Shown here one piece after another: positions 19,960-29,568 of a stretch of DNA of 64,000 bases. Within the stretch, counting starts at the first letter, position 1; each line of letters begins with the position of its first letter. Made by a program: the position numbers and the translations under genes. Under the pieces are notes generated by a model that worked only from the letters and a program-made list of their open reading frames with translations, was not told where the DNA came from and did no database searches. The stretch covers positions 64,963 through 128,962 of the forward strand of contig CALJUG010000037.1 in NCBI GenBank assembly GCA_937975685.1, read 5' to 3'. Origin of the DNA: an uncultured bacterium. GTDB taxonomy: Bacteria > Planctomycetota > Planctomycetia > Pirellulales > PALSA-1355.

Positions 19960-20793
19960 ATGTTCGATCAAATTGAAAAACTCAAGCAGGACTACACGGA
20001 CAAGTACGTCGAAGTCGACGGCTCCATCCCCGAGCTGGCCCGATTCGTGGGTCACGTGGGTCAGGTCAGAACGGTCAACATGAGCGGTCGGGCGCTGGTG
20101 GAGTTCGAGGCTTGGAACAACATCGGCTGGTACGACATCGAGCTCGACTACTTGAAGGTGGTGCCCAAGCCCGACCCCAAGGCCGCGGCTGCCAAGATCG
20201 CTCCGAAGCCGGCCGCGAAACCGGCGGCCAAGCCTGCCGCGGCAGCCGGCGACAAGAAACTGTCGCCGCTTGAAATGGCCCGCATGCAAGGCGCCGCCAA
20301 ACCCTCAGGCGCGAAGCCGGCCGGCGGCAAGAAATCGACGGCCGACATTCTGGCCGCCGCACGCGCGGGCAAGGGGGGAGGTGGCGGCGCGGCTACCGAG
20401 ACGCCCAAGAGCCCGCCTGCCGGCGGAGGCAAGATGAGCACGGCCGATATCCTGGCCGCGGCGCGCGCCAAGAAGGGAGCCGGTACGGCGGAGCCGGAAG
20501 CCGAGGCCCCTGCCGCCGAACCCGCGAAGCCCGCTCCCAAGAGCGCGCCGGCCAGCGGAGGCAAGATGAGCACGGCCGACGTTCTCGCCGCAGCACGCGC
20601 AGGCAAGGCCGAGGCCCAAGCCGAGGCTCCCGCTGCCGAACCGGAAACCGAGCCGGAACCGGCGGCCGAGCCCGAGCCAGCCGCTGAAGCCCCCGAGCCG
20701 GCTGCCGAGAAGCCCGCTGGCTTTGCGCCCGGCGAAAAGCCGACGTCGGTCGCCGAGATTCTCGCCTGGTGCCGCGAGCACGACGGGAAGTAG
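19960..20793 (+). CDS. Lys/Ala/Pro-rich (histone-H1/AlgP-like) protein with a conserved N-terminal domain and three tandem copies of the motif (K)MSTADILAAARA
   Basis: The start was moved to ATG (MFDQIEKLKQDY). An approximately 70-aa N-terminal domain ('YVEVDGSIPELARFVGHVGQVRTVNMSGRALVEFEAWNNIGWYDIELDYLKVV') is followed by 'PKPAAKPAAKPAAAAG', three repeats 'GGKKSTADILAAARAG', 'GGKMSTADILAAARAK', 'GGKMSTADVLAAARAG', and a C-terminal 'SVAEILAWCREHDGK'. Confidence 0.5.
   Translation: MFDQIEKLKQDYTDKYVEVDGSIPELARFVGHVGQVRTVNMSGRALVEFEAWNNIGWYDIELDYLKVVPKPDPKAAAAKIAPKPAAKPAAKPAAAAGDKKLSPLEMARMQGAAKPSGAKPAGGKKSTADILAAARAGKGGGGGAATETPKSPPAGGGKMSTADILAAARAKKGAGTAEPEAEAPAAEPAKPAPKSAPASGGKMSTADVLAAARAGKAEAQAEAPAAEPETEPEPAAEPEPAAEAPEPAAEKPAGFAPGEKPTSVAEILAWCREHDGK
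20254..20620 (+). repeat. Imperfect in-frame tandem repeats (about 100-140 bp period) inside the Lys/Ala/Pro-rich protein gene
   Basis: The unit 'aagatgagcacggccgat(a/g)t(c/t)ct(g/c)gccgc(g/a)gc(g/a)cgcgc' occurs three times, plus one degenerate first copy. It encodes the STADILAAARA motif. Confidence 0.6.
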
Positions 20794-20835
20794 AATCCCG
20801 CCGCCAGCGATAGAAGCCATGGAAGGTTTGCGCGC

Positions 20836-21708
20836 ATGCTCAGCGATCGAGTGCGAGCCGAACTCGCCCAGCTAGCCGTCTCCCGCGTACCACAGCGCGC
20901 CGAGCCCCGGCGCGTGCCGCCCCCCGCTCGGCCCGACGCCGACGCGCTAGAGCGCGAGCCGCATGCTCGCCGCTACGGCAATCACCACGGCGAACACTTG
21001 CGATTCTGCCGCCCGCTGGCGGAGCTGCTCCCCGGAGTCGAACGCCACGTGGCCGGGGCACTAGCCCGTCGCGGGGGTGCGCCCGCACGGCTGCACGCCG
21101 AATTAGCGTCCGCGGCGCGGCATTTTCCCGAGGCCACGCTGTTTATGGACCTGGAGACGTGCGGCTTTGCCGGTTCGCCCGTGTTCCTGGTGGGCCTGGT
21201 ACGCTGCTCGGGCGGTTCGCTGGTGATCGACCAGTTACTGGCACGGCACTATGCCGAAGAGCGAGCGCTGCTGACGACGTTCTGGCAACTTGCCGCGGGC
21301 TGCCGCACGCTGGTCACGTTCAACGGCAAGAGCTTCGACTGGCCGATGGTGCTTGATCGCAGCCGGCGCCATCTGTTGCACCGGACCGACGGCATCCGCT
21401 TTCCTCGCACGGCCGCGGCGAAAGCGAACCGCCCGCTGCCCGGGGGCGACACCTGGGTGCACTGCGATTTGTTGCATCATGCCCGGCGGCAGTGGAAGGG
21501 CCTGTTGCCGGACTGCAAGTTGCAGACGCTGGAGCAATACGTTTGCCGGCGTCGCCGCCGCGGCGATTTGGGCGGGGCGCACGTGCCGGCCGCCTACCAC
21601 GACTTCGTGCGCACCGGCGCCCCCGCGGCGATGCGGTCGATCCTGCTGCACAACGCCCTGGACCTGGCGACGCTCGTGCAGTTGACGTGCGTGCTGCTCG
21701 CGTGCTGA
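20836..21708 (+). CDS. RNase-H-like fold predicted exonuclease (YprB/PF13482-like)
   Basis: 'LFMDLETCGFAGSPVFLVGLV' carries the DxE acidic motif and 'LVTFNGKSFDWPMVLDR' the second acidic motif, which is typical of the YprB-type 3'-5' exonuclease fold. It sits 42 bp downstream of the repeat protein on the same strand. Confidence 0.6.
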   Translation: MLSDRVRAELAQLAVSRVPQRAEPRRVPPPARPDADALEREPHARRYGNHHGEHLRFCRPLAELLPGVERHVAGALARRGGAPARLHAELASAARHFPEATLFMDLETCGFAGSPVFLVGLVRCSGGSLVIDQLLARHYAEERALLTTFWQLAAGCRTLVTFNGKSFDWPMVLDRSRRHLLHRTDGIRFPRTAAAKANRPLPGGDTWVHCDLLHHARRQWKGLLPDCKLQTLEQYVCRRRRRGDLGGAHVPAAYHDFVRTGAPAAMRSILLHNALDLATLVQLTCVLLAC

Positions 21709-22161
21709 GTGCTTCGAGTTTCTGGGAGGGCGCAAAACAAAGGCCACGGCACACCCGCGAGGGACGTGTCCGTGGCCAGGTATAATCAAACCTCTAGCCC
21801 AATGCGACGGAGGAGTCGCTGCGAGAAGAGCGGGGCCAGACTGTGCTATGCACTAGCCTTTTGGTTGACCCAGGCTCACGCTTAAAGTAGGTCCTCCCGA
21901 CGGATTACAGGCCAAAGAGGTTTGAAGTTCCCAATGTCTTTGTAGGCATCGACCGTGCTGCTGACAACTGCGACTTAGATCGGCAGTTTCGCCGGCCAGC
22001 TTGGGCCGATTTGTTCCGTAGCGCAGGAAATTATACCCCGCACTCCGGTCCGGTTTTAGCCGAAAATGGCGGCCCGACCCGAAATGCAACGGGACCGGCC
22101 TTGGGCATAAGATTTGCCCGACCGCGCGGGCCGGACGGAAGGCGGGAACCGCAGGGAGGCC

Positions 22162-22356
22162 TTACCGCGGGTGTGACTGCGCCAAGTCACGCAACGAGGA
22201 GGATTGTTCGGTTTGCAATTGGTCGTATTCGCTCCACAGAAACGAGTCGACCGCTTCCTCGAGCTTTTCCAACGTTTCGTAGGTGCCGTCGGTAATCAGC
22301 CGCTTTAACTCGGCGATCTTCGCCTCGCGTGCGTCCGCGTCGGCAGAACGTGCCAT
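22162..22356 (-). CDS. Possible FlgM-family anti-sigma-28 factor (small, 64 aa)
   Basis: 'EAKIAELKRLITDGTYETLEKLEEAV' resembles the conserved FlgM C-terminal helix pair ('..IAELKAAIANGTY.VD..K.A'). The protein is short and I see no flagellar gene neighbours, so the call is tentative. Confidence 0.35.
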   Translation of the reverse strand: MARSADADAREAKIAELKRLITDGTYETLEKLEEAVDSFLWSEYDQLQTEQSSSLRDLAQSHPR

Positions 22357-22601
22357 CGTTCACCCTCCGTTTGCTGCCCGCCTTGGGTTTAGCCACACTC
22401 CCTCAAGGCGCATTTCCAATCCTGGCAGGCCCCATGCTAGCAAAAGATCGCGGAAATGAAATCCGCTCCTGCGGCGGGTGCGAAAAACACGGCGCCGTTG
22501 GCGAAAAAAGCGCGGTTTCTTCGCGGGGAATGGTGCACGCGAACTTCTCGCCGGGCGATCCTTCGATGTGGAAAAAGTGTCAATTCCAACCGTCTTCGAC
22601 A

Positions 22602-23585
22602 CTACTTCTCAATCACCCAGATGTTGCGATAGGCAACCGGATTGCCGTGATCCTGCAGCTTGAGCGGCCCCTTACCGGGCGCTTCGGTGGGAGCTCCGCC
22701 GGGCGTCAGGGTCGGTAGCTCGAAATCTTCGAAAATCGGCACGCCATTGTGCTTGACCGTCACCTTGGCGTTGGACGTTTTCTTGTCGCCCTCGAAGCGC
22801 GCCGCCGTAAAGTCGATGTCGTACGTCTGCCACGAAAGCGGCGGGTAGCACATGTTCACTGCCGGCTGCTGGATCTGGTAGAACCCGCCGCACTCGTTGT
22901 CTTTGCCCTCCAGACCGAACGAGTCGAGCACCTGGCACTCGTAGCGGTCCTGCAGGTAAACGCCGCTGTTGCCGCGGGCCTGGCCGCGAGCCTCGGGCAT
23001 GAAGGGCGTGCGAAACTCCAGGTGCAGCGTGAAATCCTGGAAGTCGTCGGTGCCGATCACGCCGGCCATCAGGTTGCCGTCGACGAGCTTGCCGCCTTTC
23101 CAGTGGTCGGTGTCGTCGCCGTCGAACAGCACCACGGCCCCTTCGGGCGGCTCGGCCCCCAGCGTCGGACTCTTGCGCTCGACCTTTTCCAGCGAGGCCA
23201 ACTCGTTTCCGCCCGGATCGAGAATCTTCATCTTGCCGTCTTCGATCAAGGCCGATCCGCTATCACCAGTGAAGACGATCTTGCCGTCTTCGGTGACGCC
23301 GTCGGCTTCGAGTTGCGGTTGGCCGCGTTCCCAACCGTCGCCGGGTAGCCCGCCGAAGTAGAACACGCCATGAAACTTGGCATCGCCCAGCGCGATCACC
23401 TGCGCGCCGACTTTGAGCGTTTCGGCCTGATCGGGCGACTTGAGCTCGCCTTGGTATTCGCCCTGGATGGCGAAATCGGGGCCGGCCTCAGCCGAGTTCG
23501 TGACGACGGCCGACGAATCCGCCGCCAGGGCCATGCTCGAAACTCCGCAGGCGATCACCGCCACCAACAAGCTCTGCCGCAACAT
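22602..23585 (-). CDS. Secreted DUF1080-family protein (3-keto-disaccharide hydrolase-like, concanavalin-like fold)
   Basis: Signal peptide 'MLRQSLLVAVIACGVSSMALA'. Family motifs 'HWKGG', 'FTLHLEFR', 'GNSGVYLQDRYECQVLDSFG', 'LKLQDHGNPVAYRNIWV' are present. Confidence 0.75.
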   Translation of the reverse strand: MLRQSLLVAVIACGVSSMALAADSSAVVTNSAEAGPDFAIQGEYQGELKSPDQAETLKVGAQVIALGDAKFHGVFYFGGLPGDGWERGQPQLEADGVTEDGKIVFTGDSGSALIEDGKMKILDPGGNELASLEKVERKSPTLGAEPPEGAVVLFDGDDTDHWKGGKLVDGNLMAGVIGTDDFQDFTLHLEFRTPFMPEARGQARGNSGVYLQDRYECQVLDSFGLEGKDNECGGFYQIQQPAVNMCYPPLSWQTYDIDFTAARFEGDKKTSNAKVTVKHNGVPIFEDFELPTLTPGGAPTEAPGKGPLKLQDHGNPVAYRNIWVIEK

Positions 23586-23773
23586 ATCGCGATTCTCCTG
23601 AGAAGGTCATTCATCGGTGCGTTACGAGGTTCAGCGGCCTATTCTGACCACCGCAATCGCGCGCCGCAAGCGCTCAGCGCGGCGGCGGCCGCCGGACGCA
23701 CCGATGCGCAAAAAGCAGGCCCGCGAAGTCGTCCCCCACGGGCCTGCTGCATGCAATGTTGCGAATCGGGTCG

Positions 23774-25258
23774 CTAGGCGAAGAGGTTGTGCACGACTTC
23801 GGCTTTGACCAATTCGCGCGGCTGGTTCAGGTGGTTGTAGACGATCGTGGCCGGGTTGATGCCGATAGCGTGATAGACCGAGGCCAGGATCTCGATCGGG
23901 TGAACCGGATTGTCCAGCGGGGCCGACGCCGTGCCGTCGGACTTGCCGTAGACGAAGCCGCGCTTCGCGCCCCCGCCGGCCACGATGCCCGTGTAGCAGT
24001 ACGGCCAGTGATCGCGTCCGTCGTCGTTGTTCGAGTTGCCCGAGGTGCTCACGCCACGCTGCGGGCTGCGGCCGAACTCGCCGATGGTCACGACCAGCGT
24101 ATCCTCGAGCATGCCTCGCTCGTCCAGGTCGGAGATCAGCGCCGAAAGACCTGCGTCGAGCATGGGGGCCGACTGGTTGCGCATGCGGTTGGAAAGACCC
24201 GTGTGCACGTCCCAGGAATGGTTGTCTGAGTTGGCGACCTTAGGCCAGACCACTTCCACGACGCGCGTGCCGGCTTCCACCAGGCGGCGGGCCAGCAGGC
24301 AGCTCTGGCCAAACGTGTTGCGGCCGTAGCGGTCGCGGGTAGCATCGGTTTCGGCCTTCAGGTCGAAGGCCTCGCGGGCGCGGCCCGAGAGGATCAGGCC
24401 CAGGGCCTTGTCGTAGTACTCGTTCAGATCGTACTTGGCCACGGCCTTGTCGACCGCGGGCATGCCGTCGTTGATCAGGTCGCGGAGCCGGGCGCGGCGC
24501 TCGAGCCGGGCGCTGCTCACTTCCGGCCGTAGGTCCAAATCGTCGACCTTGATCCGCTCCATCTTTTCCATATCCATGTCGTCGCCGGATGGATACAGAT
24601 AGTAGGGATCGTAGGCGCGGCCCAGGAAGCCCGCGGTGCCGCCCTTGCCCACGACGTTGCTCTCTTGCAGCGGACGGGGCAGCATCACGAACGGCAGCAT
24701 CGGCACCTCCGGCGGCTTGAGCCGGATGATGTTCGAGCCGAACGTGGGGAAATCTTTGGGCGACGGCGGCTCGAGCTGGCCCGAGGGGCTCACCTTGTCG
24801 GTGGTGTAGCCCGTGTGAATCTGGTAGATCGCCGCCGTGTGATTGAACAGGCCGTTGGGCGTATAGCTGACTGAGCGGATCATGGTGAACTTGTCGTTCA
24901 CCTGCGCGAGCTTCGGCAGCAGCTCCGTGAAGTTGACGCCCGGTAGCTTGGTGGGGATGGGATTGAACACGCTCTTGACGTTGTCCGGCACATCCTGCTT
25001 CGGATCCCACAAGTCGAGATGGCTGGGCCCGCCCTGCAGGTAGACCATGATCACGCTCTTGGCCTTGTTCCAACCCGGTCCGCTGCCCGAAAAGGCTTCC
25101 GACGAATTGGTGGCCGCCTGGGCCTTCTGCAACTGCAGGACGTCGGCCAGCGAGAGCCCCAACAGCGACGCTCCCCCCACGCGCAACACGTCGCGGCGCG
25201 TCATGCCTAAGCCAGGATCACAAAGATCTTTGCCAAGCTGGCCGGGGATTCTGAGCAT
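23774..25258 (-). CDS. DUF1501-family protein (sulfatase-like, Tat-exported)
   Basis: A Tat-like N-terminus '[20 protein letters not shown]' and a DUF1501-typical length and motifs ('[15 protein letters not shown]', '[14 protein letters not shown]'). Confidence 0.8.
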   Translation of the reverse strand: MLRIPGQLGKDLCDPGLGMTRRDVLRVGGASLLGLSLADVLQLQKAQAATNSSEAFSGSGPGWNKAKSVIMVYLQGGPSHLDLWDPKQDVPDNVKSVFNPIPTKLPGVNFTELLPKLAQVNDKFTMIRSVSYTPNGLFNHTAAIYQIHTGYTTDKVSPSGQLEPPSPKDFPTFGSNIIRLKPPEVPMLPFVMLPRPLQESNVVGKGGTAGFLGRAYDPYYLYPSGDDMDMEKMERIKVDDLDLRPEVSSARLERRARLRDLINDGMPAVDKAVAKYDLNEYYDKALGLILSGRAREAFDLKAETDATRDRYGRNTFGQSCLLARRLVEAGTRVVEVVWPKVANSDNHSWDVHTGLSNRMRNQSAPMLDAGLSALISDLDERGMLEDTLVVTIGEFGRSPQRGVSTSGNSNNDDGRDHWPYCYTGIVAGGGAKRGFVYGKSDGTASAPLDNPVHPIEILASVYHAIGINPATIVYNHLNQPRELVKAEVVHNLFA

Positions 25259-25443
25259 GGTCGGTTACCTCCGGTGGGACAGTCGATTGTGGGGGCGGGA
25301 GCTTCCAAGCGGTCGGCGGGAACATAGCGCAACACCCGGGGCGCAAAGCCCCACGTTCGGGCTACAGTCCACCGGCAGTATAACGGTCCGCCGAGGTGAG
25401 TGTCAAACAACGAGCGACACCACGCAACAGGCGGCCGAAACTG

Positions 25444-27297
25444 TTACTTCCCACCTGGCTCGGCCCGGGCCTGGCGGGGCTTGGCCGGCAGGTGCGGCAC
25501 GAGCGCGGGCCGCGTCTCCTCGGCGGCTTTTGGCTTTGCGGCGGCAGCCAGTTGATGCTGCTTGGCCCACCACTTTTTGACCTTTTGGCGGTCGTCGGCC
25601 GAGGTGAAGCGGTACCCGATGAAGTGGTACACCTCGGTCACCGATTCGGCGGCCGTGGTCAAGCCAAACGAGCGTACCGACTTCCCGTGACGATCGAGCA
25701 GCAGGCCGGCGGCGCTTGCGCCCAAGGTGGGAGGCAGATCGGGATCGGTCGTCAGCGCCGCGTCCTCGTCGAGCAGGCTGGCCAGCCACTGGTCGACGTC
25801 GGGCCCCGGGTCGCGCTGGGCAATGGCCAGCGCCGCCACCCAGGCGATCTCGACGCGGTTGGGATAGCGCGGTTTGCCTAGCGCGCCGCTGCGGGCCAGC
25901 TTTTCCAGGGCGGGAATCGCCTCGTGCGTGCCCACGCGGCTCAGCACGGCACAGATGCCGGAATAGACTGTTTGCTGCGTATTGAGCCCGCCCGGCGTGG
26001 CGTGGAGGGGCGCGTTGGGCACGGTGTCGAAGTAGTCGCCCACGAAGCGCGAAACAGCCCGCGGCTCGAGCGACGCCAGCATGAGCACCTCGACCTCGCT
26101 GAGCGGCGTCCGGCGTTCCAGCAAGTAGTCGAGCGTGCGCTTCGTAATCTCCGCCAGCCGCAGCCGCTCGTCGCGCTCGACCGAGTACTCGTAGGCCAGA
26201 CGGCTCCGCGGCGTGGGCAGATTCGTGAGGTAGAAGAACGTGTCCCGCCCCGGCTCCGGATGAGGAATGGCGACGCGCACCGGGTAGTCGCCCTCGGTCA
26301 GCGAATTGCCCGTCACGCAGTGGGCCGTCCTGTCGTCGATGCGATCGAAGTGCGTCGCCCGCGGCGTCGTCAGGGTGTCGTTGAACTGCGGCACGCCGAT
26401 GATCAGGTATTGCAGAATGTTGTGCTGGCGGTTCGACCAACTTTCAGCCACCATGGCCGGCTCGGCAAAATCGACCAGGTACTGCATCTGGGCGGCTGTA
26501 TTCGATTCCGGATCCGCGGCGATGCGCTCGTTGAGCTGGTCGACAACCTGCTGCCGGGTGTCGTCGCGGGCGATCAGATCTAGCAGCTCGCGCTCTGCCT
26601 GCGACCGCTCGTACTGCTCGATCGACTGAGCATTCTGAGACTTGCCGAGCTCGTCGATCAAGCGCGTGATCTCTTTCTCCGCAGGCTTGGGCAGCGGCAC
26701 CTTTTCGGGGTCGGCCCGCAACCAGGCTTCGTGCGCGTCGTCCAACAGGGGTTCGAGGATCCGCCGGCCCGAGGGCGTCAAAGCGGGGTTGGCGGCGCGG
26801 CTTTTCAGCGCCAGCCACACCGGCACGATCAACTCCGTGTGCTCGAGCATCGCACGCAGACTGCGCACGGCGCTATCGCGCTTCGCATACGAATCGCTGC
26901 CGAGCTGATCCAAGAGCGGCTTGATTTGGTCGGTGGTGGGTTTTTCGGCCGCAGCGGCTGCCGGCGCGGGTAGCTCTCGCAGCAGCGATTCGAGCCGCGA
27001 GCGAACTTCGAACGAGGCGTCGTCGGATACCAGGGCACGGCGAAAGCGTTGCGCCAGGTACTGGGCTAACTCCCCTCGCCCGGCAAACTGCTCGAGACGG
27101 CCCGCCGCTTCGTAACGGGTGGCGAAGTTCGGATCGTCCAATGCCTCGATCAGCGCGTCGACCTGCCGGGCTACCGCAGTGTCGACGCCCGAGGGCTCGC
27201 CGGCCCGGGCCGCACCGAACCCCGCCAGCGCGCCAGCAACCAGCGCCAGCACGAAGTGCCGCGGCCAGCCGTGCTTGCGTCGACCCGGGATGTTCAT
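25444..27297 (-). CDS. Secreted alpha-helical-repeat (HEAT-like) hypothetical protein
   Basis: The start was moved to ATG (MNIPGRRKHGWPRHFVLALVAGALAG), which has a signal peptide. The protein is Ala/Leu/Arg-rich with helical repeats. It lies immediately upstream of the DUF1501 gene but shows no recognisable PSCyt/DUF1549/DUF1553 or heme motifs. Confidence 0.45.
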   Translation of the reverse strand: MNIPGRRKHGWPRHFVLALVAGALAGFGAARAGEPSGVDTAVARQVDALIEALDDPNFATRYEAAGRLEQFAGRGELAQYLAQRFRRALVSDDASFEVRSRLESLLRELPAPAAAAAEKPTTDQIKPLLDQLGSDSYAKRDSAVRSLRAMLEHTELIVPVWLALKSRAANPALTPSGRRILEPLLDDAHEAWLRADPEKVPLPKPAEKEITRLIDELGKSQNAQSIEQYERSQAERELLDLIARDDTRQQVVDQLNERIAADPESNTAAQMQYLVDFAEPAMVAESWSNRQHNILQYLIIGVPQFNDTLTTPRATHFDRIDDRTAHCVTGNSLTEGDYPVRVAIPHPEPGRDTFFYLTNLPTPRSRLAYEYSVERDERLRLAEITKRTLDYLLERRTPLSEVEVLMLASLEPRAVSRFVGDYFDTVPNAPLHATPGGLNTQQTVYSGICAVLSRVGTHEAIPALEKLARSGALGKPRYPNRVEIAWVAALAIAQRDPGPDVDQWLASLLDEDAALTTDPDLPPTLGASAAGLLLDRHGKSVRSFGLTTAAESVTEVYHFIGYRFTSADDRQKVKKWWAKQHQLAAAAKPKAAEETRPALVPHLPAKPRQARAEPGGK

Positions 27298-27588
27298 GCA
27301 AGCTCCTCGGTGCGGTGCGGCGGGGGAGGCCTCGACGGAGCGCGCAGTGCGCGTTGCCGAACAAACCTCCATGATACTTGAATTGCCGAAACCGGGCCAA
27401 TCGGCCCGACCGCCTGCTCGGGCCGGTAGAATAGCTCGCAGGTGAGCTAAGTTCGCCGGCTCTCGCGGTCGATAACCGCTACGATCGGAAACAGCGGCCA
27501 AGCGCCTGAGCATCGATCGGGGCACCGAATATCCGTCTCCGCCGGCGAATGCTTCCCGAGTACACTGCACGCTCCACAGGAGGCATGC

Positions 27589-29199
27589 ATGCTGAGTAGT
27601 GCGATTCTGGCGGTTGTTCTTTGCGCGTCGCCTGCCGCGGGAGCGGATACGGCGGTCGTCTGTCCCAGGGAGTTTCGTGAAGCCCTGGCCCCCTGGCTGG
27701 CTCATCGCCGCCAGCAGGGCCACCAGATCGTGATGCTTAGCAATCTGGGTTCGCCCGATGAAGTGCGGGCATCGATCCGCCGCGTGGCCGCCGGCGGGAA
27801 CTTGCGTTTCTTGTTGCTCGTGGGCGATGCCGACCCCGAGCTGTATAGCGTGGCGGCCGTGCGTCGGCGCTCGGTGCCGGCACACTATTCCAAGGCCGTT
27901 GTGAACGTGCAGTTCGGGTCCACTCGCGAGATCGCCACCGACAACTGGTACGCCGACTTGGACGAGGACCGCGTCCCCGATATCGCCGTGGGGCGGTTGC
28001 CCTGCGACTCAGCGTCGGAGCTGAGCCAACTCGTCGAGAAGATCCTGGCCTACGAGCGATCGGCCGATTTTGGGGCCTGGCGGCGTCGCGTGCACTTCGT
28101 GGCCGGATTGGGCGGTTTCGGGGCCGTGGCCGATGCGGTGTTGGAATCGGCCGCCAAGTCGTTGATCTGCGAGGGCGTGCCCTCGGCCTACTCCACCACG
28201 ATGACCTACGGAAGCTGGCGAAGCCCCTACTGCCCCGACCCGCGCGACTTTCGCCGGGTGACGCTATCGCGGCTCAACGAGGGCAGCTTGTTCTGGGTGT
28301 ACATCGGGCATGGGCAGCCTCACGCCGTCGACGAGGTGCTGGTGCCCGGCGGGCGGTACCCGATTTTGACCTGCGATGACGCCGCGCGCCTGGCCTGCCG
28401 CAATGGTGCCCCGATCGCCTGTTTCTTGGCTTGCTACAGCGGGGCCTACGATCTGCCGCGCGATTGCCTGGCCGAGGAGATGTTGCGCGCCCCCGGCGGG
28501 CCGGTGGCCGTGCTGTGCGGTTCGCGGGTGACGCTGCCGTATTCGATGAGCGTGATGGGCTCGGAGCTGCTCGGCCAGGCCTTCGGCGAGCAACCGCGGA
28601 CGCTCGGCGAGATGTTCCTGGAAGGAAAGCGGCGGATGGTCGCCGACGAGGAACCCGGCGCCTACCGCCAGGCCCTGGAAGCCGCCGCCCGGCTGATGAG
28701 CCCGACGAAGGATCAACTCAGCGCCGAGCGCGAAGAACATCTCGATCTGTTCAATCTGCTGGGCGACCCGCTGTTGCGGGTGTCGTTTCCGGGCCGGCTG
28801 GAGCTTGACGCGAACGAGAGCATCGCCGCCGGCGAGACGCTGACGGTCTCTGGGACGTCGCCGTTGGCAGGGCGCGGCGAGATCGAACTGGTCGTCGGCC
28901 GCGGCAGGCTGACGTTTCGCCCGCCGCTACGGCAGCGGTTCAATGCCGAAACGCTGCGCGACTATGCCGAGACGTATCGACAGGCCAACACGCCGCAACT
29001 TTGCATTCGCCGCGTGAGCCTCGAACGGGGTGCATTCAGCACGCAAGTGACCGTGCCGCGCGAAGCGCGCGGTCCCTGCCACGTGCGGATATTCGTGGAA
29101 GGGACCGACGGTTGTGCCGCGGGAGGCATCGACGTTGTCGTCGAGCGGGAAAGCCGGGAGGCGCTCAAAAACAAGCGTGACGACGCGGCCGGAGAGTAA
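27589..29199 (+). CDS. Secreted clan-CD cysteine peptidase (gingipain/C25-like)
   Basis: A signal peptide is present. The His-Cys dyad context is typical of clan CD: a hydrophobic strand plus 'YIGHGQPH' and a hydrophobic strand plus 'ACFLACYSGAYD'. Confidence 0.5.
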   Translation: MLSSAILAVVLCASPAAGADTAVVCPREFREALAPWLAHRRQQGHQIVMLSNLGSPDEVRASIRRVAAGGNLRFLLLVGDADPELYSVAAVRRRSVPAHYSKAVVNVQFGSTREIATDNWYADLDEDRVPDIAVGRLPCDSASELSQLVEKILAYERSADFGAWRRRVHFVAGLGGFGAVADAVLESAAKSLICEGVPSAYSTTMTYGSWRSPYCPDPRDFRRVTLSRLNEGSLFWVYIGHGQPHAVDEVLVPGGRYPILTCDDAARLACRNGAPIACFLACYSGAYDLPRDCLAEEMLRAPGGPVAVLCGSRVTLPYSMSVMGSELLGQAFGEQPRTLGEMFLEGKRRMVADEEPGAYRQALEAAARLMSPTKDQLSAEREEHLDLFNLLGDPLLRVSFPGRLELDANESIAAGETLTVSGTSPLAGRGEIELVVGRGRLTFRPPLRQRFNAETLRDYAETYRQANTPQLCIRRVSLERGAFSTQVTVPREARGPCHVRIFVEGTDGCAAGGIDVVVERESREALKNKRDDAAGE

Positions 29200-29326
29200 T
29201 GCCCCCGGCGCCGCGCGTCTGCGTGGCGGCGAATGCATCCAGGCCATTTCCAGTCGGCCGCCCCACGCACCGCGCGGCGAGGCGCGGGTGGGGGCCGAAA
29301 TGTTTCTCGCTCGACTCGAGCAGGCG

Positions 29327-29518
29327 CTACCAGCTAAAGCGCTTGTTGCGCCGCCGGTGAATGCCGTTGTGCTGCACCACGGGACGGTTGGCGCGGGAGT
29401 AGTTGGCGCGGCTCTTCTTCGAGCTCTTGTCTTTCGAAGTCCGGCGACCGAAGTCGGCGCGATATTCGAAATCCTGGTCTTCGTAGTTGGAGTTGGCCAT
29501 GTTCATGATGTTCCTCAC
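29327..29518 (-). CDS. Small basic hypothetical protein (63 aa)
   Basis: 'MRNIMNMANSNYEDQDFEYRADFGRRTSKDKSSKKSRANYSRANRPVVQHNGIHRRRNKRFSW'. It is co-directional with and 50 bp downstream of the receiver-like gene. No homolog was recognised. Confidence 0.25.
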   Translation of the reverse strand: MRNIMNMANSNYEDQDFEYRADFGRRTSKDKSSKKSRANYSRANRPVVQHNGIHRRRNKRFSW

Positions 29519-29568
29519 TTGGGGGCATTCGCCCCGGATTAGGGCCTAACGTCTTGCACTAGCAGCTC

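Noticed and set aside
22171-22192. A GTGACT-gcgcca-AGTCAC hairpin that looks like a terminator.
   Set aside because: It lies inside the flgM-like coding sequence and lacks a U-tract.
21828-22200. Possible tmRNA (ssrA). The region opens with 'GGGGCCAGACTG', which is vaguely like a tmRNA 5' end.
   Set aside because: There is no T-arm/GGTTCGAATCC-like element, no 3' CCA-proximal acceptor complement, and no plausible tag ORF ending in hydrophobic-AA-stop. I kept it only as a generic ncRNA candidate.
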